From NCBI RefSeq assembly GCF_009914755.1, contig NC_060927.1: a stretch of DNA of 64,000 nt. One strand, written 5' to 3'. Source of the DNA: the human T2T-CHM13v2.0 reference genome, Homo sapiens. Below are positions 41,645 through 58,768 of the stretch, in pieces (position 1 is the stretch's first letter; each line of letters opens with the position of its first letter). The notes beneath the pieces were generated by a model. The model ran no database searches and was not told the origin of the DNA. It saw only the letters and a program-made list of their open reading frames with translations. A program made the position numbers and the translations under genes.

Positions 41645-42889
41645 TTTAATGTTTTTATAAGTTAGAAAGGAAGAGAGGGAGGGATGAATGAAGAAAGAAT
41701 AAAGCAAAACATTTCCTTAAATCACATTTAAAATAAGGTGGAGTTTAATAAAATACAGGAAGGAAGGCTGAAAGACAATAGTTATTATAAGCCAAAAGCT
41801 TTTACAATTATATTATAGCACTTGAGAGAGAAGTAGTGCTTTTTGTTGGCCCCTATGATTTCCCCAAAACATGTTCATTCTCCTTGACTCAATCATGTTC
41901 AAAGGAGAGTTTCCTTGTTAGGTTGGTAAAACAGGATCATATCCAGGCTTAATTGGACTCTAAACTGATTGTAGTTCTGTATAAACCTACACATCATGTA
42001 TACATAGAAGCAGAAACAGTATTTAAATCCAATAGATGCTGCTTACTTTAAGATGAAAGACATCTAATGAATTTTAAAGTGGAAAAATTTATGCAAAGTC
42101 AACTCCTATTGTATTTGAAATACGGGAGGACATTGATATAAAATGCAACTTGCAACTTGTTTAAGATAAAACTAAAATAGAAGCAAGGATAACTGCAAGC
42201 CATGACTTGCAAGATCAAATCAGAACTTTTAAGTCCTCTCCTTGAAAGAATAAAGATCAGTTATGTGCCTAATACTTGTTTTGTAATCAGGCCACATTTT
42301 ACCAAATCTGGCGAGAAAAGAAAATTAAAAAAAAAAAAAAAACAAAACATTGCCAGTTATTCTCAGAGTCAGGTACAAAACTGTGCCAGAGTGGTAATCA
42401 GGGCTTGATCCTACTATTCAGGAAAGAATAAACCAGAATAGTAACTTTCTTTCTTTTTTAGTTAGCCAATACAAATGGTAGGAAATATTGACTTATAAAC
42501 TTTTGTTCAACTAAGTGATTCTCTAGAGAAGGAACCAACAGGATCAGGGTGGAAAGTTAAATGAGGACAAGGTTGGGCTAAGTGAGGGAAAGTAAGGAGC
42601 TTTCCGAGCTAAGACAGTTCCAATGTGTGACTGACAAACTCACTCATGAGTATGGGGAGGTTCATTTTTCACATCTGCCAGTATACACCATGGTCCATTC
42701 AATAAAACCAGGGTAGAATTGACCACTATGTCTAGATTAATTATAATCTATTATTCATCCATTCACTAGGGATTGAAGGCCTTGAAACTTTCAGTGTGGT
42801 ATTTAGGTACTCAGAAAATCTCCCTTGAATGAATGGATGAGCCATAAGAAAATCTGTTTACTAGGAGACACACAGTGGTATTTTCTATT

Positions 42890-43460
42890 TATTTTTTTCA
42901 TTCACCATTTCACAATTTTTAATATCGTTTCTGTACCAGGGCTGTACTGGGCACAGATACAATAGTAAGGTACCATGAAAACTGCCCCCCACCCTGCCCC
43001 ATCTCTTCATTACATTAGGAAAGAATAATATTAGAAAACAAAACCAACTAGAGAGTATATCATTACAATTCGGAGTTAGTTTATCTTAAAGATTATGGTG
43101 CTCAAAGTTACCATGAAGACATTAGAATGAGTGTATATGAGTATTTGTATGTATCTATAGGAGGGTATAACTGCATATATTTTTGGAAGAGATTTGACAG
43201 ACCATGCTAGTGGAGAACAGATATAGAGGAGAGAAGAGCAGGGGTGGAGATGACTCGGTTGTTGTGGTGCAGGTGAGACATGATCTAGTTTAAATGAGGA
43301 CGGTGGCAGGGCAAGGTGAGATACTTTTCAGTTCAGAAACATATTTAGGATGAAAATATCAATAGAACTAGATGAAGTTTGGATTGGTAGGGGAATTTTG
43401 AGAAGGACTCCTAGATTTTTGCCTCACATGATGTTTACATTATGCCCTGAGAAAAAAAAG
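42890..43460 (-). mobile_element. L2 LINE fragment
   Basis: ctgtaccagggctgtactgggcac...caggtgagacatgatc...gatgaaaatatcaatagaact...gactcctagatttttg. Confidence 0.55.
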
Positions 43461-44203
43461 AATATTGGAAGATGACAGTCTTCCCCCAAACAGAATTATG
43501 TTGCGAAAACAATAATGGGCTAATCATCCCTCTTCAAGGTTCTCAGTGAACACTAACATTTTAGAAGTTCTGAGAAACTCAGTAACATTTAAATTTGTTC
43601 CCTTTTGGTTCATTGATCATTACCAAAACTTATTTCATCTTGCATCCCTTGCCCTCGGCACTAACCCTAGAACAAACATGAAAACACAGTTGATTTGGAA
43701 AACTAGAACATGATTCATGTTATGTCCTTAGTTAGAGGGAGCATTTCATGTAGTAGAATGAAAGAGAAATTGTTAGGAACAATTAAATGATTCCTTCTAC
43801 TTGATTCCACAAAATCAGTAAGAGTTATTGATTATGCCTTAAATGTGTACTATCCACATTGTACTTATGTTCACTTTATGACTAATTAAATGTAAAACAA
43901 CATTCACTGAATGAAAATTCAGTTTATTGTAAAGCTGCTAGGCTTTTTTTTTTGGAAAAGGAAGTCTATGTATTAACATTTACATCATAGAAATATGGCA
44001 AACTCAAAGAATAATGAAAAATTAACCTGAAATCTCCCACCCTAAGAGAAACATTGATAGTATTTTAATATATATTCTTTGTGACAGTTTCTGGTTTATT
44101 GCCCCTCAAGGTCTAAATTCACCCTTTTTACCTGCTCTGTGAAAACAGATCTGAGCCTTTTACATAGTATTTCCTTTGCCAGCTGGCATGATATTATGGT
44201 TTA

Positions 44204-44217
44204 CCAACAGATGGCAC
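44204..44217 (+). promoter_or_regulatory. CTCF motif 1 in LTR41-like element
   Basis: CCAACAGATGGCAC, 13 of 14 positions match CCASYAGRKGGCRS. Confidence 0.55.
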
Positions 44218-44248
44218 TGGAGAGACATTGCAGAAGGAAAGGCTTTGA

Positions 44249-44599
<351 letters not shown>

Positions 44600-44816
44600 T
44601 TTGCTTTCTGTTTCTAATGTGCTTGCTTGGAAGTCTCCCAGAGGCCTCTCCAGTGTCCAGCTCACAAAGCTCGGTGACTTTCCCAGCACCCAGCTCTGCA
44701 ACACCTGTGATTTCTCCAGCATTCAAGGTTCCTCCAGCACCCAGCTGTCTCAGCTCTGAGGTCTCTCCCTCGGTGTTCTGCTCTTGCAGTGCACACAACT
44801 CCCATAGCTGGCTTCA

Positions 44817-44830
44817 GCAGTAGAGGGCAG
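44817..44830 (+). promoter_or_regulatory. CTCF motif 2 in LTR41-like element
   Basis: GCAGTAGAGGGCAG, 13 of 14 positions match the consensus. Confidence 0.5.
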
Positions 44831-46449
44831 CCAGCAGCTTCTCACAGGTCCCATCAAGAGGTTCTGTAATAGAGTGTCTTTGGTAAGACACCTCCCCATA
44901 AACAGCTTTTCCTGGAAGCCTAGAGGGTGGTTTTCCAATAAGTTCCAAAGAGCCTATTTCTGGATCCCAGTTGTACCGGTGTGGCACCACAGAAACTTCT
45001 GTGTTATCCAATGAGCCACAGTCATGCTCTCTCCAACTAGGCCTGGATTTCTTCTTAGCCTGAGGGTAACTTGTTATTCCTCATATCTGCTACTCTTCTA
45101 TTTTTTTGAGTTCTCTTTACTTATCACCATTCATTCTCTCATTACTCTAATTCCTGGATGTACTTAAAAATTCTTTTTTATTAAATTGTTTATGCTGGAG
45201 TTGTTATGTGATTTTTCTCTCCTGATTGGACCCAGGATGATAATTGATTAGTCTTCTAATCTTTGTGTGTGTTATTTTAATGTTTAAAAGAATCACAAGT
45301 CCCCTTTCCACGACATTCTATGAGTTTCTACATTATTATTTTAATGGCAGCCTAGTAATCCATGATAGTAGTAGATACTTCATCATTTGTTCCATCCCTT
45401 ATTATTAGACATATAAAATGTTTTATTTTTATTATTAGACATATATACTGTTTTCAAATTGTGAACAATGCTCAGGTGTTCACCCTTGGACCTAAATCTT
45501 TGTTGACATCCATAATGATTTCCTTGCAATTAACTCTTAGTCATTTGGACATTTTAGTCAATGGCAAATGATGAACACACTTTGTAAAGTGCTTTATGTA
45601 ATTCCAGGGGAATTTTGAACATATTATTTAGGGGTATAATGTAACATCAGATAGAAGTATAAGAAGAAAGAAAGTCACGGTATTTATTCTCTCCTGCCAA
45701 ACTTTCATAGCAGGAATTCGAAAAGTCTCTCCTGTAACACAAGAACTGAAACAAGATTTGAGAATGAGCCATTAAATATCAATTATCATAAATCACTTCT
45801 TGCTGCTGCTTTGATTAAATGTTTTCCTTGTGTTTTACAATTGGGAAATCCACCTCATCAGAAGAATGGAAAATGGGAAAGGATGAAATGATTTCGTGTA
45901 TCTTGGTTATTCTTAGAAGCAAGAGCTTTGAGAAAGAAAACAAATTGTTAACCTCAGCATCTTAAACAAATTGAGTTTGGCTGATTTCCTGTGCTTAGAG
46001 AAAAGATCCCCATAGCTTCATCTGGAAGGCCTCATCCACTGGCCCAGTTGTTGTTTTCTTGACATGAATGCATCTAGTATAAATAATCTTTAATATTGAG
46101 TTAAACATTTAAGGATGTTTCAGGTTAATTTGAACAAATGAAGGAATGATCCTGATTGGTAACCATTGAAAATTCTCTCCCACAGGGAAGGAACCAAACA
46201 GCCTCAGACACTCTTCCTGAAAGTGGTCATCTTAATTCAACATTTATGTCTGTGATTTGCTTACAGGGGTTTTCTGAATGAGCTTGTAGAAACACCAGTC
46301 TTTAGTCAGCCACTGGAAGATTTGCAAGAAATGCTGTGCTAATCTCAGAACAAGGAGGTGTAATTTCTATTATCTGTTATCACAATGTAATCATAAAAAC
46401 AGGCACGTGGCAAGCTTGTTGTTGTGGTCATGATCATTATCATCAATAA

Positions 46450-46665
46450 CACACTGCCACTTATTGAGCACTTACTATGTAGACTACATGCCTCTTGTCT
46501 ATGATTTATTTAGTTAATCCTCACAAGTCTCTTAATAAGTAAATACTGATGACATCCTCATTTTACAGATAAAGATGCTGAGTGGGGAAAAGTTAAGAAA
46601 TTGGCTGTGATGACACAATTACCCATCTGTTCAGCCAGTGCACAAGTTAGGTTGTCTGACTCCAA
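46450..46665 (-). mobile_element. MIR SINE
   Basis: cacttattgagcacttactatg...ttaatcctcacaa...cattttacagataaagatgctgag...gtctgactcca. Confidence 0.85.
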
Positions 46666-48662
46666 TGACAACAGCCTGAGCACCTTCATTCAACTCCTTT
46701 AGGCCTTCATTCCAATAGAGTCTCTAAGAAACAATGGATTATGGATTATTATCAAGTCAAATGATTAGATTGTTCCCCTTCATTCACCATTTTGAACTGA
46801 AATTGCTTGGATTTCTCAAATGTATTATAGTGCTATATGGTCTGGCATTGTTATTATCAACTTCTTTCCCATCATAAACACATTTGACAAATAAAATTCA
46901 CTTGTATCATATTCTACCATGTGGCTTTCCAGAAGTATTACACAAAGTCAAAGTCTGTAGTTTTTGCATAGTGTCTTCCAGTCCAGCTGTAACTCCACTG
47001 CTCTGTCTCCCACTGATCCTAGAGTCTTCAGTTGAGGAGCTACAGTCCGGTAAAATTGAGAAAGATGTGCTGGCTTGACAAATATATCTTGAGCACCATT
47101 AACGTGCAAAAGTCTGGATCACTGCGGTAGGCTTAGAGGGGATTTAAAAATAATAAGACAGCTTAAGAGAGACAGGCATTGACACCATTGACAAAATCAC
47201 TTCAATCTTAAGGCAGTGAAGAAAGGAGGGAGGTGAGGAGAGGGACGTGTTAGCAGGGCCCATTCTCACATTTCTTAATTGGAATTTTGCTTTTTAAAGG
47301 TGAGCCACTTCTGGGAAATTCTGGACCATGAAGGTTTTGTTCAGAGCTTAAAAAGCCTGACAAAAAAATGAAGGAGACTGGTTGTAATGGAGGTAGACAG
47401 GTAGAAAATCATGAAGTTGTGTCTTATCAACAAGGGAAGGTCAAGCTCACATCTGAACCCCAAAACTTGGGAAATCCATTGATATTCCTTCTTATTATAA
47501 AATGCCTGTTAAGGCACTTGCTGTTTATTTCTTAGTAGGCATTGTGGCAGAAAATCAAATTAATTCAGTGCATAAACTAACCCCTCTCGATCTCTTGCTT
47601 AAATGTATAAGCAGAATACCAACTGCTAGAGTTTTATATGTTTCATTTTGTTTTTTTCTGCACAAGTTATACAGGATAGCAAAATCACAAGATGTTCAAC
47701 AGAACTCAATAAATATTTAATGCAACCTTTTTTTAGATATGAGAAAACTCCAGCTCAGTTAAGAAAAGTTACTTGATCTATACATATAGAACCAAAAAAA
47801 CAAATCTGTTAAGGCTTTAGGCTTTAGTTGTAATAAGAAATATCCAGTTGTACTCCCTCCCAGTTTTGTGAGTCATGTGATAGTGATTCACATCATTATC
47901 AATCAATAAATCTGATTCTTCACATACAGAATACTTTGTCTTGACTTCGTAGGATAACACCTCCTACCACCTCCAAACATGTGGGTGAGGGAAAAGATAA
48001 TCAAAGATTTTAAGTAAATCTGGATTAAAAAAAAAAAGCAGTTATTCACATTGTTATTTTGGGCACAGAGGAATAGTTGAATGCCACATTTAAATAGAAA
48101 GCATATATATTTCACATTTATAAATCTTTAGATTCTGTATGTGTCATGAAAAATGTAAGTTTTAGATAGTGAGATGTATGAAATTAATTTCAACTCTGTG
48201 TCAAAAAGCTCCACAGTAGGCAATTAATGCATAAAACACCAGGGATTGCTGCCCTAAAGCCTCCATTGCCAGATGAAATTACAGACCTCAAATCCCATCA
48301 TTATCCTGGTATTTATTTTTTGTTTGTGTGGTCTAGGAAAGATATAATCTTAAATTGAATATTTACCTAATCAGCAGGCTAAGGATGTTTTCTGGTTTCT
48401 ATCCCCTTCAAATCTAGAGCAAAGTTTCTGGCTGTGAGTGTTAACATGTTACCCATATTCTAGGCTACTACTGCTTACTGTTTTCATTTCGTGATATACA
48501 AAATGATAATATTCATATGCCACACTGGGGTGAACCAGAGGGGGTTTAAATGAAGTTTGGTGAAAATCTTATTATACCTTTTAAAATTAAACAACTATAA
48601 TAAGAATACAATATAGGGTATTTGGAAATATATGAAATATTTAATTTACATAGCACTTTTGA

Positions 48663-48986
<324 letters not shown>

Positions 48987-50299
48987 TAATTTAAGTGAGA
49001 AATTTGTTCTTACTCAACAAACATAAGTTTTTCTATCAGATCTTATGCTTTAACTCACACCTATAATTCTGGTCAATATGCTTCAATAGTGCTATTTTCC
49101 AATTTTTGATAGTCATATTCAATAAGAAACTTTTTATCATTTTTACAACCATTGAGAAATTTACAAGTTCATTTTTTAAAAGAACCTACAGTTTCTTCTT
49201 TCTTTCACACACATAGGCAATTGAAATAACTTCTGATAATGTGTATCAAATTAAATTCAAGTTTGTTTTTACAAGTATGTCATAGTAATGATGGTGCTCT
49301 ATTTTGTAGAAGGAACAAGGCTATATTTGAACCCCCATTTTCTATGTAGCTTGGACATCTATTTAACAGTCATATCATCTTCATGTGAAGATAGAGATAT
49401 GGAATAACCACCTAAGTTCTTCCTCACCTACTCTACCCTGCAATATGAGTTTTCCTAGAAATTCCTGCAGTCACTTCTTCATAGTGAGCACTGGCACACA
49501 CTGCAGCTGGCTGCTGCAGAAATCGATGTCCACATGGGTTGAACGTTGAGCAAATTATGGTAAACCCATGGGTGGAGATGTTGCTCATTGTGTTTGCCAC
49601 CTGTGGCCACTTAAGCCTCCATCAGTCCCTGCCTCTCTTGAGTCACCTTTCCAGAAGACTCTGGAGTTGCTACTCATGGCTGGACGTCAATAGCTCCAGC
49701 ATTCCAGGTAAACTAGCCTCCCCGCCTGGGAACCCGAAAGGCCAAGGGAGTCATTATCTTATGTGCCACTTACACACATTAGTTTCCAAACTGTGTACCT
49801 CAGCAGACTGGCTAGAACCCTCTGCTTTAGGTATACGACTTAGAACTGTCTTGAAGAACTTTTAAAGTAATACCAAAATGGCAAACGTCTCTATTTTTTA
49901 CCCTTTCTTTATCTACACTGAACCTGAAGTCTTTGGGAGCTGAAAACATTGACTTTTTATATTGAATAGATACTTATTCTTTGTCTTTTATTCAAAACAA
50001 TCAGCAGGAAGGTAACAAACTTTGGATGAAAAAGTCAAGTTAGGTTGGTGCTTTGCCTTAGTCAGAAAGGTTTATGAAGAGAAATTGAGGATGAAGAACA
50101 AAATAGATGAGCTTTATCTGCTAGATCTAACCTCTAATCGTGTGACTTAATTCCACTATTTGAAGGATTTTCAACTGATTTAGACAAAGCCACATTTAAA
50201 TACAGGTCAAAAAGGCATTCTAAAGTCAAATGGAAATTATTTGGTTTCGAGTGGTCTTGATGTAGAAATAATAGTTTTATTCTTTGTATATTTCAGTCT

Positions 50300-50560
50300 C
50301 TTCATTCATTCATTCATTTGTACTTGCATTCTTATTTTCATTCATTTAAGTATCAATTCATATATTCATGAGGCATTTGTTGGTGTGGTATTGATCTAGG
50401 TGCTGGGCTAGATAGGTGAACAAGTCATTACCTTTACTTTGGAGGCCCTGTCAGTCTTGTGTGGAATCCTGTAGGTTATCACATAACTATTGTAAAATTT
50501 GACAAGTACCGTTTTAGTCGTATGAACAGAATAGAATATCAGGAACAACAATTTCATTCA
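50300..50560 (-). mobile_element. L2 LINE 3' fragment
   Basis: (TTCA)n tail, then gatctaggtgctgggc...gtgaacaag...ggaggccctgtcagtct. Confidence 0.6.
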
Positions 50561-50864
50561 GTCTTGTTATATATTTGACTATTTAGTTGTTCAACATGCA
50601 AAACTTTCCAATAAAGGTTGTAATATTGAAGGGTAAATCCAAGTGTTAATCACTTTTATTTTAAGCATGTTGTATTATCAAATGCTTTGGATAGAAGTCA
50701 CTATACCTTATTGAATGTATTTTCAGCTCTTTTTTTTTTTATTATCCCTCCCTACCTTCCCCTTCTCTGTAAGTATGGATTTTGTTTTTGTAAAGTGGCA
50801 ATACTGCCATAATTACTACCAGTAAATTGTGAGGATTAAAAGATATAATATATCTAAAGGGCTT

Positions 50865-53641
50865 ATTTTTAACAGCTTTTTGAGGTATAATTCACATGAA
50901 ATAAACTGCATGTAATTAAAATGCACAATATAAGTTTTGACTTATGTGTAAATCTGTAAAACCCATCACCACAATATCTGATGTTCACAAAACTTCCTCC
51001 TGTGTCTTCTTTTTGTTAATTAAGCTTCCGTCAGATTTATTTACATCTTCTGAAATGTTATTGAAAAGAGCTCACATAGTCACTATTGGCTTCCATTACT
51101 CAGCATAATAATTTTGAGATTTGTCCATGTTATTGTCTATATTAATAGTGTATTCCTTTTAAGTGCTAAATTCTATTCCATTGTATAGTTCACACCACAG
51201 TTTGTTCCATATACTTGTTGATGGGAATTTAGGTTATTGCCAGTTAATTTAGCTATTAAAAAATTAAAGCTACTATGAATATTTGTGTACAAGCTTTTGT
51301 GTGGGTGCCTGCTTTTATTTCTCTTCAGTAAATACCTGGATGGATCATATGGTAAGAATATGCTTAACTTTTTAAGAAATTGCCAAACTGTTTTCCAAAG
51401 CGGTTGTACCAGTTTACATTTCCATAAGCATTGTATGAGATGTCCAGTTATTCTTTATCTCCAACAAACTGTGTCGGCAATCTGTTTAAAGTTTAGCCAT
51501 TCGAGTATGCATGGAGTGATATCTCATTGTGATTTTGATTTGAATTTTCTGGTGATGAATGATTTTTATTATATCATTGGATTATTTTGCCATCTTTATG
51601 CTTTTGATAAAGTGTCTGTTCAAATCTTTGTCCACTTTTTGGTAAGTTGGTTCCTTATTGTCAAGTTTTTAAAATACTTCATATATTCTAGAGACAAGTT
51701 CTTTATCAGACACATACATTGAAGTTGTTTTTCAGCTGGCAGCATATCTTTTTGTTTTCTTACCAGAGTCTTTCAAAAAACTGAAGTTTTCAGTTGTGAT
51801 AAAGTCTAATTTATATATATTTTTTCTTTTATGGACCATAAAAGAAAAAATTTTTGTGTGTTGTCTAACAAATCTTTGCCCAATATTTTCTTCTATGTTT
51901 TGATTTAGATGTTTTATAGTTTTATACATTTAGGTCTATAGTCTATTTTTCATTAATTTTTCTATACAATGTGTGTTATGAATTAAAGTTGATTATTTGC
52001 ATATGAAAATCCAATTATTTCAGCACCAACATCTCCATTGAATTGCCTTTGTTACAAATCTGATGCCAAAAAAATAAAATCTGTTGCCAGTGTATGTATA
52101 GGTCAATTTATAGATTCTATTCTGCTTCATTTGTATATCTGTTTATCTTTATGCCGATATCCTACTTTGTCAATTAGTGTAGCCTTATAACACATATTGA
52201 AGTTGAGTAATATGGATCATTTAGCTTTGTTCTTTAAGGTTATGTTGCCTATTCTAAATATTTGCATGTCCACATTCGTTTTAGACTTAGCTTGTCAATT
52301 TTAACAAAATCACCTGTTGGGTTATGTTTGGGGTTTCATTGAATGTATTCATCAATTTGAGCAAAATTGTCTTCTAAACAATTCTGAGCTTACTGATTAA
52401 TGAAAAAGGTAACTCAGTTTATTTAGGTAATTTTTAATTTCCTCAGCAATGTTTGTTCATTAAGTGTACGGGTGTTGTACATCTTTTGTTGCTTTTTATA
52501 TCTAAATATTTTAAATTTCTGATGCTATAGGAAATGATATTTTTGAAAACTATTTTCAATTCTTTATTTCTAGCATATAGAAATATTGTACATTTGGTTT
52601 TGTATACTGACCTTTTATTTTGCAATTCTCATAAACTCATTTTTTAGTTTTATAAACTTTTTTTGTGAATTCCACCTGATTTTCTATATATGTGACCATA
52701 CCGTCTTCAAATAAAGACAAATTAATCTCTGTTTTTCATTTGCATGGTTTTCTTTTTTCTTTTAGTCTCATTGCATGGGCTAGAATCTCTAGTACAAGAT
52801 TGAATAGAAGTGGCAAGAAAAGATATTCTTGTATTGTTCCTCATCTTAGAGAAAAGACTTTCAATCTTTCATTACTAAGTATGTTGTTAACCGTAGATTT
52901 TTTCATAGATACCCTTTATGAGGTTGAGGAAGTTCCCCTTTTCTCCTGGTTTTCTCATAGTTTTTTATCAGGAATGGATGTTGGTTTTAACTGATTTTTC
53001 TGCATCTATGGAGATTACTTATATGGCTTTTCTTTTTAAAGTTTGTCAATATGTTAAATTATCTTGATTGCTTTCCAAATGCTGAGCCAGCCTTACATTT
53101 TTAGGATGAACCTACTTGGTCATGACAAATGATCATTTTTATATGTTGTTGGATTTGATTTCCTTAAATTTTGTTGAGTCTTTGCATATGTATTCCTGAG
53201 AGGTATTGTTCTGTAGTTTTCTTTTCTTATAATGCATTTTTCCCCGTACTTTTGCTATCTGGATAAATTTAGCCATGTGGAATGAGCTGGGAAGGATTTG
53301 CCCTCCTCACGTTTTCGAACTTCATGTTGAATTGATATTATTTCTGTCTTACTTATTTGGTAGAATTTACTAGTAAATATATCTGGACCTGGAGTTTTTA
53401 TTGTGAGAAGGTTTTGCATCACAAGTTCATTTTCAGCCTACTCAGGTTCTCTATTTATTAAGTGAGCCCTTTTAACATGTCTTTGATCTAAAATATCAAT
53501 TTCATGGCACAAAGTGTTCATAAATTTCTTTATTATCCTTTTAATATCTGTAGAATCTATAGTTATGTTGCCTCTCTCATTTCTGATACTGGTAATTTGT
53601 GACTTTCTCTTCCTTGTTTTTCTTGATCAGTCTGACTAGAA
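50865..53641 (-). mobile_element. Old L1M (MC/MD-class) 3' part; host of the L1PA insertion
   Basis: 3' end ttttaacagctttttgaggtataattcaca...ccatcaccacaat, then degenerate ORF2 (aattgccaaactgttttccaaagcggttgtacc; ttgaatagaagtggcaag). Confidence 0.88.
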
Positions 53642-53866
53642 TTTTTTTTTTATTTTTTTAAATTATACTTTAAGTTTTAGGGTACATGTGCACAATGTGC
53701 AGGTTTGTTACATATGTATACATGTGCCATGTTGGTGTGATGCACCCATTAACTCGTCATTTAGCATTAGTTATATCTCCTAATGCTGTCCCTCCCGCCT
53801 CCCCCCACCCCACAACAGTCCCCAGTGTGTGATGTTCCCTTTCCTGTGTCCATGTGTTCTCATTGT

Positions 53867-57689
<3,823 letters not shown>

Positions 57690-57752
57690 TATGATGTTAG
57701 CTGGTTATTTTGCTCATTAGTTGATGCAGTTTATTCCTAGCCTCGATAGTCT

Positions 57753-58768
57753 TTACAATTTGGCATGTTTTTGCAGTGGCTGGTACCGGTTGTTCCTTTC
57801 CATGTTTAATGCTTCCTTCAGGAGCTCTTTTAGAGCAGGCCTGGTGGTGACAAAATCTCTCAGCATTTGCTTGTCTGTAAAGTATTTTATTTTTCCTTCA
57901 TTTATGAAGCTTAGTTTGGCTGAATATGAAATTCTGGGTTGAAAATTCTTTTCTTTAGGAATATTGAATATTGGCCCCCACTCTCTTCTGGCTTGTAGAG
58001 TTTCTGCTGAGAGATCTGCTGTTAGTCTGATGGGCTTCTCTTTGTGGGTAACCCGACCTTTCTCTCTGGTTGCCCTTAACATTTTTTCCTTCATTTCAAC
58101 TTTGGTGAATCTGACAATTATGTGTCTTGGAGTTGCTCTTCTCGAGGAGTATCTTTGTGGCATTCTCTGTATTTCCTGAATCTGAATGTTGGCCTGACTT
58201 GCTAGATTGGGGAAGTTCTCCTGGATAATATCCTGCAGAGTGTTTTCCAACTTGGTTCCATTCTCCCTGTCACTTTCAGGTACACCAATCAGACGTAGAT
58301 TTGGTCTTTTCACATAGTCCCATATTTCTTGGAGGCTTTGTTTGTTTCGTTTTATTCTTTTTTCTCTAAACTTCTTTTCACACTTCATTGTATTCATTTG
58401 ATCTTCCATCTCTGATACCCTTTCTTCCCGTTGATCACATCAGTTACTGAGGATTGTGCATTTGTCATGTAGTTCTTGTGCCGTGCTTTTCAGCTCCATC
58501 AGTTCCTTTAACGACTTCTCTGCATTGGTTATTCTAGTTATCCATTCGTCTAATTTTTTTTCAAAGTTTTTAATTTCTTTGCCGTTCGTTCGAACTTCCT
58601 TCTTTAGCTCGGAGTAGTTTGATCTTCTGAAGCCTTCCTCTCTCAACTCATCAAAGTCATTCTCCATCTAGCTATTTCCTTTGCTGGTGAGGAGCTGCAT
58701 TCCTTTGGAGGAGGAGAGGCACTCTGATTTTTAGAGTTTCCAGTTTTTCTGCTCTGTTTTTTCCCCAT
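57753..58768 (-). pseudogene. L1 ORF1 (RNA-binding p40), disrupted
   Basis: Pieces MENDFDELREEGFRRSNYSE and ...YVKRPNLRLIG...REWGPIF...; span of 1016 nt implies a frameshift; premature stop at 58440-58442. Confidence 0.93.

Noticed and set aside
51285-51722. 145-aa + strand ORF
   Set aside because: Antisense frame of a degenerate L1M ORF2.
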